Of a stretch of DNA of 64,000 bases, positions 37,840 to 50,149 are shown piece after piece. Both the position numbers and the translations under genes were made by a program. The stretch comes from Chiloscyllium plagiosum (taxonomy: Eukaryota), in the NCBI RefSeq assembly GCF_004010195.1, contig NC_057752.1, positions 11,784,298 to 11,848,297 on the forward strand, given 5' to 3'. The notes under the pieces were generated by a model. The model was not told where the DNA came from and did not search any database. It saw only the letters and a program-made list of their open reading frames with translations. Positions within the stretch are counted from its first letter, which is position 1. The number at the start of each line of letters is the position of its first letter.

Positions 37840-39220
37840 GAACATAGAACAGTACAGCCTAGGATAGGCCCTTCGGCCCTCAATGTTGTGCTGACCTTTT
37901 ATCCAACTCTAAGATCAAACTAACCAACATATCCTACATTGTACTATCATCCATGTGCCTATCCAAGAGTCACTTAAATGTCCCTAATGTATCTGACTCC
38001 ACTACCACTGCTGGCAGTGCATTCCACGCACCCACCACTCTCTGTGTAAAGAACCTACCTCTGACATCTCCCCATACCTTCCTCCAATCACCTTAAAATT
38101 ATGCCCCCTCATGATAGACATTTCTGCTCTGGGAAAAAGTCTCTGGTTATCCACTCTATCTATGCCTTTCATCATCTTGTACACCTCTATCAAGTCACCT
38201 CTCATCCTTCTTCTCTCCAGTGTGAAAAGCCCTAGCTCCCTCAACATTTCTTCATAAGGCATGCCCTCCAAACCAGACAGCACCCTGGTAAATCTCCTCT
38301 GCACCCTCTCTAAAGCTTCCACATCCTTCCAATAATGAGGCGACCAGAACTGAACACAGTATTCCAAGTGTGGTCTAACCAGGGCTCTACAGAGCTGCAA
38401 CATAACCTCGCGGCTCTTAAACTCAATCGCCCTGCTAATGAAAGCCAACACTCTATATAGCTTCTTAACAACAGTATCAATTTGGGTGGCACCTTTGAGG
38501 GATCTATGGACATGGACCCCAAGATCTCTCGGTTCCTCCACACTACCAAAAATCCTGTCTTTAACCCTGTATTCTGCATTCAAGTTCAACCTTCCAAAGT
38601 GAATCACTTCACGCTTTCCAAGTTGAATTCCGTCTGCTACTTACCAGCCCAGATCTGCATCCTGTCAATGTCCCATTGCAACCTACAACAGTCCTCCACA
38701 CTACCCACCACTCCTCCACCATTTGTGTTATCAGCAGACTTACCAACCCACCCTTCCACTTCCTCATCCAAGTCATTTATAAAAATCACAGAAAGTCGAT
38801 CGCTGCGGAACACCATTGGTCACCGAGCTCCAGGCTGAATACTTTCCATCTGCCATCACCCTCTGTCGTCTATGGACCAGCCAATTCTGTATCCAGAATG
38901 CCAGATTTTCCTGAATCCCATGCCTCCTTACTTTCTGAATGCACCTACCATGGGAAACCCTGTCAAATGCCTTGCTAAAATCCATGTGTACCACATCCAC
39001 TGCTGTACCTTCATCAATATGTTTTGTCACAGCTCAGAGAATTCAATAAGGTTTATGAGTCATGACCTGCCTCTCACAAAACCATGCTGACTATCTCTAA
39101 TCAAGCTATGGTTTTCCAAGTAATCATAAATCCTGTCTCTCAAAATCCTCTCCAATAATTTGCCCACCACAGACATAAGACTGATTGGTCTGTAATTCCC
39201 AGGATTATCCCTATTGCCCA
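37840..39220 (-). mobile_element. CR1 LINE RT 3' fragment
   Basis: ORFs 38002..38607, 38773..39030, 39060..39323 (-): [24 protein letters not shown]. Confidence 0.92.
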
Positions 39221-41004
39221 TTGAAAAGATGGTGAAGCTACATTCTTGAATCAGTGCAGTACTTGTGGGTAGGGAGACCCACAATGCTGTTAGGAAGGAA
39301 GTTCCAGGACCTTGTCCCAGCAACAGTGATACAATTCAAAGTCAGGATTCTGTGTGCCTTCGATGGGAACTTTCAGATGGTGTTTTAATGTATCAGCTGC
39401 CCTTACCATTTTTAACATAAAGAAGGATGAGTTTAGAAGATACTGTCAAAAGAGCTTTGACAAGTCACAACAGTGTTTCTTGTTGATGGTACGCACTGCT
39501 GCCACTATGCTTCATTCATGGAGAGTGACTATTTCAGTTGGTGGATGGGGTGCCAGGCAAGTGAGGAGTATACCATCACACTCCTGACTTGTGCCTTGTG
39601 ACCATAAACAGGCTTTGGGGAGTCAGGAGGGGAGTTACTCACTGCAGGTTTCCCAGCATCTGTCCTGCTTTTGTAATGACTTTATTTATATAGCAAGTCT
39701 GGTTCAATTTCTGGTCAATAGCAGCCCCACCCCAGATGCTGATTATGGAGGTTCTGAGATGGTACTGCTCATTATAGATGTTGGGATTGAAATTTACATG
39801 GTGGAGTGGAGAATTGTCAGACGAAATTTGATACAGAGCCATACAAGATGATATTGGGGCAAGTGATGACAAGCTTTTTCCAAGTGATAGGTATTAAGGA
39901 GTATCTTAAAAGAGGAGAGGGAGGTGGAAAGGCACAGATGTTTCACAAACGATTCCACAGCTTATGCTGAAATAACTCGAGGCATGACCACCACTGCTGC
40001 AATTATTAAAAACAGGGATACACCAGAGGCCAGAATTGGGGGAGAAAATGTATGTCAGAGACTTGTGGGATGGAAAAAGATTACTAAGCAAGGGAGTAGC
40101 AAGGGACATGGATGTTTCATACACGATATCCATATGTTAAATTAAGCAACAAAAGACTTGCAGAGATTTACAAGTACAAACATTGGTTTTCACCTTTTCC
40201 TTCTGGGCCCTTTACCTGTCCAGAAGTTAATCCCAAAGCAAGAACCTAGCTCTTTGTATATAAATAACCCCACTGCCAAATTTACAAAGCAGAAAAAACA
40301 TGCTAGATAAAGATAAACTATTTCCACTAGTTAGGGATTCTAGAACAAGGGGGATTATTTGAAGAATTAGAGCCAGGCCATTCAGGGGGGATGTTATGAA
40401 GCACTTATACACACAAGCTGTAATAGAGGTTTGGATCTGTCTTTCACAAACAGCAGTGGATGGTAGGTCAGTTGTTAAATTAATCTATCTCAGATTTAAC
40501 ATTCTGGTAAGCAAAGGTATTAAGGAATATGGGCCAAACGCAGCTATATGGAATTAGGTCACAAATTGGTGATGACCTCATTGAATGGCAGGACAGAATG
40601 GCCTACCCATGTTGTCCCTGAAATACTCAAGTAACAAATTACACCAGGTGCAGTAAAAGAACTCAGCTTTCAAATGCAAAAGTCTGATGAGCATCTCAAT
40701 CAACTTAAAGGGACCTGCATCTCTAGCTCCAAATACAGAGGGATTTGAAAACAAGGACTGGCAGATTAAATGGAGGTAATTCCTAGTTAGAGCCAATGCA
40801 GATCAACAGACGCAGAGATGATAAGATTCTAAAAAATTTTTTCTCAAGATTTGAACATAGTTGGTCAGGCCACCTTTATGATGAAGCTTAGTTGCCCACT
40901 GTGGTTGGCCTATTTGAACTGCTGCAAATTTAATGTTAATAATCATCTTACAATAGTGTTATGGTGTGTAAGTATCATTGAATTGAATTCTTCTTCTTCT
41001 ACAG

Positions 41005-41139
41005 CACCTTGCTGCAGTGGAGGAGCGAAAAATCAAATCATTGGTAGCACTACTTGTTGAAACACAGATGAAGAAACTTGAAATCAAACTGCGACATTTT
41101 GAAGAACTTGAGACTATTATGGACAGAGAGAGAGAGGCT
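41005..41139 (+). CDS. SMARCC2: SMARCC2 coding exon (coiled coil / dimerisation region)
   Basis: ctacag|CAC...GAG GCT|gtaagt; [45 protein letters not shown]. Confidence 0.97.
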
Positions 41140-41265
41140 GTAAGTAGCTGTTCGGAGCAACTCCAGCTCAGAGTAGTAATTGCAAGAGGTTCTTGACCAT
41201 GTCATTGGAATTTGTATTTGTAATATGGTTTGATTACTTCTTCCATCATATTTTCAATATAACAG

Positions 41266-41605
41266 TTGGAATACCAGAGACAACAGCTTCTCTCAGACAG
41301 ACAAGCCTTTCACATGGAGCAACTGAAGTATGCTGAGATGAGAGCACGGCAACAACACTTTCAACAAATGCATCAACAGCAGCAACAACAGCATCAGCTC
41401 CCATCTGGCCCCCAGGCCAATCAACAACCAGCCATCATTCCTACATCTGTGCAACCAGTACCGCCTGCTGCAGTTCAACAGGGAACTGTAAACCAGGGTT
41501 CAGGTGATTCCATAACTCAGTCCATTCCACAACAACAGCAGACACCACCAACACAACAACAGCACCAGCAGCAGCAACAGGCTCAACCTGCCGTTCTTCC
41601 TCATG
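41266..41605 (+). CDS. SMARCC2: SMARCC2 coding exon (end of coiled coil, Gln/Pro-rich region)
   Basis: aacag|TTG GAA...CAT G|gtaagt; [42 protein letters not shown]...PAVLPH. Confidence 0.95.
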
Positions 41606-41794
41606 GTAAGTGCAGAACTGAATAGAATATTCTAGTTAGCTTAAAACTATTTTATACAAGCAAGGGCATAGGGAAGCTAGAATCGGGAGTGGATCTGAAC
41701 ACTGATTTTGGTGACACATCACAGAGAGCTTTTGCATATTCTCCTTGTCACTGACTGGCCTAAACCCTTGTGCAGTGGCCCTGGCTCTAATAAC

Positions 41795-41919
41795 CGGGAC
41801 CTTGCACCAGGGTCCGGCCCAGTCAGTGACTGGGACCTTGCACCAGGGTCCGGCCCAGTCAGTGACCGGGACCCTGCACCAGGGTCCGGCCCAGTCAGTG
41901 ACCGGGACCCTACACCAGG
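41795..41919. repeat. 36-bp tandem repeat, ~3.5 near-identical copies
   Basis: gggaccttgcaccagggtccggcccagtcagtgac(t/c). Confidence 0.9.
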
Positions 41920-44900
41920 AATCAGATTTGGGAAAACAGATTTTGTTACAAATAAGGCCGGATCCTGGCAAAGTTGGCTGGCAACAGTTCCTTGAGGATA
42001 ACTCTGCAGCAATGCAGTGGGGAGGATTCAAAATGGAATTTGAGAGACTGCAGGCCCAACATGCTCCCTTTAGAGTGAAATGTCAGAGCAGCACACCCAG
42101 AGAATTCTGGCTGTTTAGGAATGTTCAGACTGACTATAAAAGAAAAGAGAGGCATTAAACACATGCGAATGGAGCAAATCCACTGTGGACCTAGTGAAGT
42201 GCAGTAAGTCTTGTAAGGAAACCTAAAAAAGCAATCAGGGAGCAAAAAGGGATCATGCCAAAATGCTGGCACACAAAATTATGGAGAATTCCAAGGCAAA
42301 TATATTGAATAAAAGGGAATAACAAGTGAAAGAGTTGGGCCCATTAGGGAGCAAGGGAATCATCTCTGCATCAAGCAAGAAGACATTGGTCGAGTGTTAA
42401 ATGAATACTTCACATCTGTCTTTAATCAGGAGAATGAAGATGTAGGTACAGATTTCGGGAAGATAGACTGTATGGTTCTCCAGCAGATTGATATCAGGCA
42501 TTTTGAGGTTTCGGCAGCTTTAAAAGTGATCAGATCCTCAGGTCCGGATGAGTTGTATCCCAGGATGCTGTGGGAGGCGAGGAATGAAATGACAGGGACC
42601 ATGACCCAAATATTTAATCCCTCTCTGGCCACAAGGGAGGCGCCAGAGGACTGTAGGGCAGCTAACGTGGTTCCACTTTACAAGAAAGATGGTAAAGATA
42701 AACCAGGGATTTACAGACCATTGAGTCTCACGTCAGTGATAGGAAAGCTAGTGGAAAAAATTCTGAAGAGGAGAATGAATTTCCATTTAAAGAGGCAAGG
42801 TTTTATCAAGGAGAGTCAACATGGCTTTGTCAGAGGGAGGTCATGTCAAACCAATTTGATTAATTTTTCTGAAGGCATAATAAAGTGTGTAAATAGTGCA
42901 GTTAATGTAGTTTATATGGATTCAACAAAGCCTTTAACAAGGTCCCACATAAGAAACTGATAAAGAAGGTAAATCCACATGGGATCCAGGCTAATTGGGT
43001 AAGTTGGATCTAAAATTGGCTGAGTGATCAGAGGCAGAGATTGGTGGTAAAAGACTGTGTGACTGGAGTCCAGCATGTAGTGACGTACCACAGAGATCAT
43101 ACTGTGTCCATTATTCTTCGTGATATGTATGAATTATGTCAATTAGGATGTGGGGGAGGGCATGATAAGTGGCACAAAACTTGGCCTGGTGGTTGGCAGT
43201 GAAGAAGAAGGTGTTAGGTTACAGGAGGATATAGACAGGGTGGTTGGATGGGCGGAGCAGTGGCAAATGGAATTTAACCTTGATAAGTGAGAGGTGAGCC
43301 ACTTTGGAACAACTAACAAGACAAGGGAATACTCCATGAATGGCAGGACACTGGGAAGGTCAGAGGAATCTTGAGGTGCTTTTCCACATCCCTCAAAGTG
43401 GCAGGGCAGGTGAAGACGGTAGCTATGAAAGCATACAGGGCACTTGCCTTTATCAGTTATGGAATAGATTGTAAGAGCAGGGAGGTTATGTTGGAGTTGT
43501 ACAGGACTTTGGTTCGGCCACACTGGAGTTTTGTATGCACTTCTGGTCTCTGCACTATAGGAAAGATGTGATTGCACTGGAGGGGGAGCAGAGGAGATTT
43601 GACAGCATGTTGCCTGGGATGGAATCATAGAGATGTACAGCTCGGGCACGGAAACAGACACTTCGGTCCAATTTATCCATGCCAACCAATATCCCAGATA
43701 AATCTAGTCCCATTTGCCAGCACTTGGCCCATATCCCTCCAAACCCTTCCTATTTATATACCCATCCAGATGCCTTTTAAATGTTGTAGTTGCACCAGCC
43801 TCCACCACTTCCTCTGGCAGCTCATTCCATACACACACCACCCTTTGTGAAAAAGTTGCCCCTCAGGTCCCTGTTAAATTTTTCTCCTCTCACCTTAAAC
43901 CTATGCCCACTAGTGCTGGACTCCCCCACCTCAAGGAAAAGATCTTGCCGATTTCCCCCTATCCACACCCCTCATGATTTTATAGACCTCTATAAGGTCA
44001 CCCCTTCGTCTCCAACACTCCAGCGAAAACAGCCCCAGTCTATTCAGCCTCTCCCTATAGCTCAAACCCTCCAATCCTGGCAATATCTTTGTAAATTTTT
44101 TCTAAACCCTTTCAAGTTTCACAACATCCTTCCTATAGCAGGGAAATCAAAATTGCATGCAGTATTGCAAAAGTGGTTGAACCAATGTCCTGTACAGCCT
44201 CAACATGACCTCCCAGCTCCTGTACTAAATGCACAGACCAGTAAAGATATGTAATTGGGGAAGGGGAAATTATACTGCTATTAGACGGGAGCTGTGGGGT
44301 ATGAATTGGGAATTGTTCTACAGGAAAGGCACAACAGAAGAATGGAGGCTGTTTAAGGAGCACTTGTTGTGAATGTTGGATAACTTTGTCCCACTGAGAC
44401 AGGCAAAGAATGGCAAGGTGAAGGAGCCTTGGATGACAGGAGCAGAGGAGCTTCTCGTCAAAAGGAAGAAAGAAGCTTACTTAAGGTTGAGGAAGCAAGG
44501 ATCTGGTGCAGCTTTAGAGGAATACAGGGTAGCTGGGAAAGAACTCAACAATGGACTGAGGAGAGCTAGGAGGGGGCATGAGAAAGCCTTGGTGAAAAGG
44601 ATTAGGGAAAACCCAAAGAAATTCTACACGTACATGAGGAATAAGAGAGTGATCTGAGAGAGGGCAGGGCCAATCAGTTATAGTGGAGGGAACTCGTGTC
44701 GGGAGTCTGAAGATGTAGAGGAGGCCTTACATGAGTTTTTTGCTTCAGTTTTCACTCGAGAGAGGGGCCTTGTTGATAGTGAGAACACTGTGGAGTAGGT
44801 TAATAGGCTTGAACAGATTGATATTTAGAAAGTGGATGTGCTGAAAATTCTGGGAAACATCAAGATAGATAAGTCCCCAAGGCTGGACCAGATATATCCA

Positions 44901-47700
44901 AGGTTACTACAAGAAGCAAGGAATGAGATTGCTGTGCCTCTAGTGATGTTCTTTGCATCCTCACTCTCTGCACGGGAGTAGTTCCGGCTGATTGGAGGGA
45001 AGCAAATGTTATTCCTCTGTTTGAGAAAGGGCATAGGGAAATCCCTGGGAACTACAGACCAGTCAGTCTTATGTTTGTGGTAAGCAAGGTACTGGAAATG
45101 ATTCTGAGAGATAGGATTTATGACTATTTGGAAAAATATAGTTTGATTAAAGATAGTCAGCATGGCTCTGTATGGGGCAGGTCACGCCTCGCAAGCCTTA
45201 CTGAGTTCTTTGAGGATGTGACGAGACATGTTGATGAAGGTCAAGCAGCGGATGTGGTGTATGTGCATTTCAGTGAGGCACCGTGGAGCGGCACGGTGGC
45301 TCAGTGGTTAGCACTGCTGCCTCACCACTGCTGCCAGTTTCACCCGGGTTCAATTCCTACCTCGGGCAACTGGCTGTGTGGAGTTTGCACATTCTCCCGT
45401 GCCTGTGTGCGTTTCCTCCCACATTCCAAAAGATGTGCAGATCCGGTGAATTGGCCATGCTAAATTACCCATAGTGTTAGGTGCATTAGTCAGGGGTAAA
45501 TGTAGGGAAATGTGTCTGGGTGGATTACTCTTCTGACGGTCATTATGGACTTGTTTGATTTAAGGGCCTGCATCCACACTGTAGGGAATCTAATCTAATC
45601 ATTTGATAAGGTTCTCCATGGTCGGTTCATTCAGAAACTTAGGAGATATGAGATACAGGGAAATTTGGCTGTCTGGATACAGAATTGGCTGGCCGAAAGA
45701 AGACAGCGAATGGTAGTGGATGGAAAGTATTCTGCCTGGAGGTCGGTGTCCAGTGGTGTCCCGCAGGGATCTGTTCTTGGGCATCTGCTCTTCGTAGTTT
45801 TTATAAATGACTTGGATGAAGAAGTGGAAGGGTGGGTTAGTAAGTTTGCCGATGACACAAAGGTCAGTGGTGTTGTAGATAGTGTCAAGGGCTGTTATAG
45901 GCTACAACAAAACATTGACAAGATGCAGAGCTGGGCTGAGAAGTGTTAGATGGAGCTCAACCTGGATAAATGCGAAGTGATTAATTTTGGAAGGTTGAAT
46001 TTGAATGCTGAATACTAGGTTAAAGACAGGATTCTTGGCAGTGTGGAGAAACAACGGGATCTTGGGGTGCACGTACATAGATCCCTCAAAGTTGCCACCC
46101 ACGTGTTTTGGCTTTCATTAATGGGGGATTGAGTTTAAGAGCCGCAAGGTTTGCTGCAACTCTAGAAAATCTGGTTAGAGCATACTTGAAATATTGGGTC
46201 CAGTTTTGGTCGCCTCATTATAGGAAGGATGTTGATGCTTTGGAGAGGGCGCAGAGGAAAGTTACCAGGATGCTGCCAGGATTGGAGGGCATGTCTTATG
46301 AAGAAAGGTTGAGTGAACTAGGGCTTTTCACACTGGAGAGAAGAAAGAGAGGTGACTTGATAGAGGTATACAAGGTAACGAGAGGCTTAGAGAGAGTAGA
46401 TAACCAGAGACTTCCCCAGGCCAGAAATGGTTGTTGCGAGGGTTCATAATTTTAAGGTGATTGGAGGAAGGTATAGGGGAGATATCAGAGGTAGGTTCTT
46501 TATGCAGAGAGTGGTGGGTGCATGGAATGCACTGCCAGTGGTGGGTGGGTGCATGGAATGCACTGCCAGTGGTGGTAGTAGAGTCAGATACATTAGGGAC
46601 ATTTAAGCGACTGCTAGACAAGCACATGGACAGTAGTAAATTGAGGGGTGTGTAGGTTAGGTTGATGTTAGGCTAAGGTAAATGCTCAGCACAATGTCAT
46701 GGGCTGAAGGGTCTATACTGTGCTGTATTGTTCTATGTTCTTAAGCGCAAACATCGTCTTCCTTATCCTATCTACCTGCGACTTCATTTTCAAGGAACTA
46801 TGAGCCTGCACTCCAAGATCTCTTTATTCAGCAACACTCCCCAGGATCTGACCATTAAATGTATATGCCCTACCCTGATTTGCCTTTCCAAAGTGCAGCA
46901 CCTCACGTGTATCTGAAGTAAACTCCATCTGCCATTCTTCGACCCATTGGCCCATCTGAGCAAGATCCTGTTGTACTCTGACAAAACCTCCTTCGCTGTC
47001 CACTACACCTCCAATTTTGGTGTCATCTGCAAACTTACTAACCATAGCTCCTATGTTCACATCCATTTATATAAATGACAAAAAGTAGTGGACCCAGCAC
47101 CGATCGTTGTGGCACTCCACTGGTCACAAGCCCCCAATCTGAAAAGCAACCCTCCAGCACCACCCTTTGTCTTCTATCTTTGAGCCAGTTCTATATCCAA
47201 ATGGCAAGTTCTCTCTGTATTCCACCTTGCTAACCAGTATACCATGAGGAACCTTGTTGAAAGCCATACTGAAGTCTATCACTTCAGCTGTGAAGAGAGG
47301 CTGGATGAACTCAAGTTTTTGTTTTAGAAGAGAAAAGGTTAAGGAGGACCTGATAGAGCTGTAGAAGATCGAGGGGCATAGACAGGGTGAATAGAAAGCA
47401 GCTGTGTTCCCCTTAGTTGGAAGGTCAATAACAAGGGGCCGTACTTTTAGGGTGAGAGGTTTAGAGCAGATTTGAGGAAACGTTTTTTCACCCAGAATGT
47501 GGTGGGGGTGTGGGATGAACTGCCTGAGAGATTAGTTATGACAAGTGACCTTTAAAACATACTTGGATGAGCACTTGAAGTGTCATAACATTCAAGGCTA
47601 TGAGCCTAGTTTGGGAAAGTGACTCTTGTGTAGATTTAGTGTAGCTTTGAGGTACAGACTTGATGAGCAGAAGGGCTTCTCCTGTACTGTATGATTCAGC
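41920..47700 (+). mobile_element. Cluster of nested CR1 LINE fragments (mainly +; minus inserts at ~43625-44235 and ~46760-47280)
   Basis: Several RT-motif ORFs (42394..42960, 45071.., 45665.., 46108..; 46824..47066 on -). Confidence 0.85.
45285..45600 (+). mobile_element. HE1-like SINE inside CR1 RT
   Basis: gcggcacggtggctcagtggttagcactgctgcctca...aatctaatctaatc, splitting the FSKAFDKV codons. Confidence 0.85.
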
Positions 47701-49448
47701 GTCATGACAAACCATATAACTCGAGCTGTAGGGTATGCTTTAAACCAAACGGTAGGCGAGGTACGGGTTCAGGTGAAGGGAGATTTGGAAAGTTAGAGAG
47801 AAAGAGCAAGGTGATGGTGCAAAGCAGTGATGTGGGTATTTGTAACTGGTGTGTGACAGAAGGAACACACTGCAAGGACGGAAAAGCTTTCCCATAGTGA
47901 TCATCATTGTTTTAAGTTCCTCTCTCCCTTTTGCCTCTTGATTTTCTTTTGTTCTTGGGATGCGCTTTAAGTCATCTACTGTGAAGACAGAAACAAAATA
48001 CTTGTTCAAAATCTCTGCCATTTCTTTGTTTCCCATTATCAGTTCCCCAGTCTTGCCCTCTAAGGAGCCAATGTTTACTTCAGCTACTCTTTTCCTTTTA
48101 ATGTACTTGTTATTATATGTCTTTGTAGTCATTGTCTAATTTCTCCCTCTTTTAGCCGACTTTTGTTTTGTTAGAAATGGAGAGCAGGGAGCGAGGAAGA
48201 GATAAGAGACTGGGGAAAATGAGGGAAAGAAGTAGAAAGCAGGTAACGAATGCTAGCAGGGGTTTCTGGTGATTGTGACTCAAGTGGGCAGTGTGGACAT
48301 GGGTCCAGCATGAAGGGCTTACAGGTGGTGTACTTAATCATTTTGTGGTTATGTGATAGAAACAAACTTCATTTCAGTAGGAATAAGATAAATATTTGTA
48401 AAGATGTGTGTCAAGATTTGAGGGAATGGGGGTAAATGAGACACCAACACTAGGAGCGGGGGCAGCCTTCTCTTGTTTCTTTTTCAATAGTTTTGAGCCT
48501 GAGTCCAGAGAATGGTTCAGGTATATTGGTGCTGAGCTGAGTTTAGGATTGTTCCCTGTGTGAAATGCCCCAAATACCAAGCTCGCTGCCCTTGAATGAG
48601 CGCTAGGATGATTTGGGTTATTCTCTGCTGACAGTTTTGACATGAGATCGAAAAATGAATTAGGTTTTGCTGAGACTCCCAGTTCACATGGAGCCAGAGT
48701 TTGAGGAGGTAAGGAGAGGTAAGATTATTGGAAATGTCATTGATTGGTGAGGTTAACTATATCTTGTCCAGTTGCAGAGGAATTCTGGCTATGCTTTCAG
48801 GGTTGACTGTCAGCAGATTAGAGGATTACTGTTAATTGCAGGTGGGTTTTATCTATTATAACCTGTAAATTATAGACTGTCAGTGAGTTTTTGTATTAGT
48901 GTACATGATGAGAGATGTCTGAATTGCCATTATTAGTCATCAGTGCAGTTTTAGTGAGTTGCTGTTATCAGTGGAATTAACAAACCCCGAGCTCTGATTT
49001 TCCCCCTCAATGAATTGATTCCCACACTTTTGAGTTCTCTCACTCGCCTAAAGTTTTCTCTCTTCTCCCCCCCCCCCCCACCAAATATTCTAAGCTCTGA
49101 AGAAGAGTCATACCAGACTCAAAATATTAACTCTGTTTCTCTCTCCGTCGATGCTACAAGACCATCGAAGTTTCTCCAGCAATTTCTGGTTTTGATTAAC
49201 ATATTGAGATCTGGCTTTTCAAGAGCCCGCAGGCCTTGAATTCGCTTCAAATTGCAGTGAGAACTTTTTCTGTTTTGCAGTTAATATGGGTTTAATAAAT
49301 TTTCCATTTCAACTGTTGTATATTTTTGGCATACTGGGAGGAAGTGCCAACTGTTTAGATTTTGTCCAGTAAGTATTGAAAATGCTTTTTGAAAAAAATC
49401 TGCTGATTTGCCATGGACAAAAATTAGAAGTTGCTTTTTCTCTTGCAG

Positions 49449-49868
49449 GTCAGCCACCATTTCCAAGTCAACAAGCTCCAAATCAACTGATGCCCAGTAA
49501 CATGCCTGTTGGCATGCCTGCGAACATGTCTGGTAATATGGCTGCTGGTATGCCTTCTGTTGTGCCAGCCATTATTGCATGTAGCATGGGTAGTGTCATC
49601 TCAGAAAATGTTCCAGCTAACCTCCCTGCTAGCATGCCAAACCAAGTGCATGGTCATTTACCCAGTAGCATGCCTGGGGGTGGCCCTGGCAACATGTGTA
49701 TAGGGTTGCCAGGACATTTGCCTGTAGATCTGCCTAGCTCTGTACATCCTAACATACCCGGAAACACCATCCCACCTTCCTTGTCTCTAACTTCCACCCC
49801 AACGTCAGCAGCTGCTCAGAGCCCTGCCATTGTAGCCGCCATGCAGGGGAATACAAGTCCGTTGCAAG
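49449..49868 (+). CDS. SMARCC2: SMARCC2 penultimate coding exon (Pro/Met-rich)
   Basis: tcttgcag|GT CAG...CAA G|gtgaga; (G)QPPFPSQQ...SAAAQSPAIVAAMQGNTSPLQ; the SAAAQSPAIVAAxQGN motif is characteristic of the SMARCC2 C-terminus. Confidence 0.9.
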
Positions 49869-50149
49869 GTGAGAAGTGATGGTCAGCATTTTATTGTTAT
49901 GTTGTGTTAGATGGCAAGTATGTTTGGAGGAGGGCCTATTTAAGACATGTGTAATCCTGACATTGTGAAATTTATTCACAGAAATATGACACTGACGTGG
50001 AGACAGTATCATTCCATTCTGCATTACATCACTATTCCGGAATGAGAGAAAGAAACATAACCTATACTGTTGCAAGAGCAATGAGATCTGTATGAGAATA
50101 GTAAAATTAAAAATTAACTCAATGCATATGGGAGCTTCCCATTTACACT

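Noticed and set aside
46511..46576. 34-bp tandem duplication in a CR1 3' region (and the 113-bp duplication at 2753-2960)
   Set aside because: Ordinary local slippage inside dead TEs; no functional implication evident
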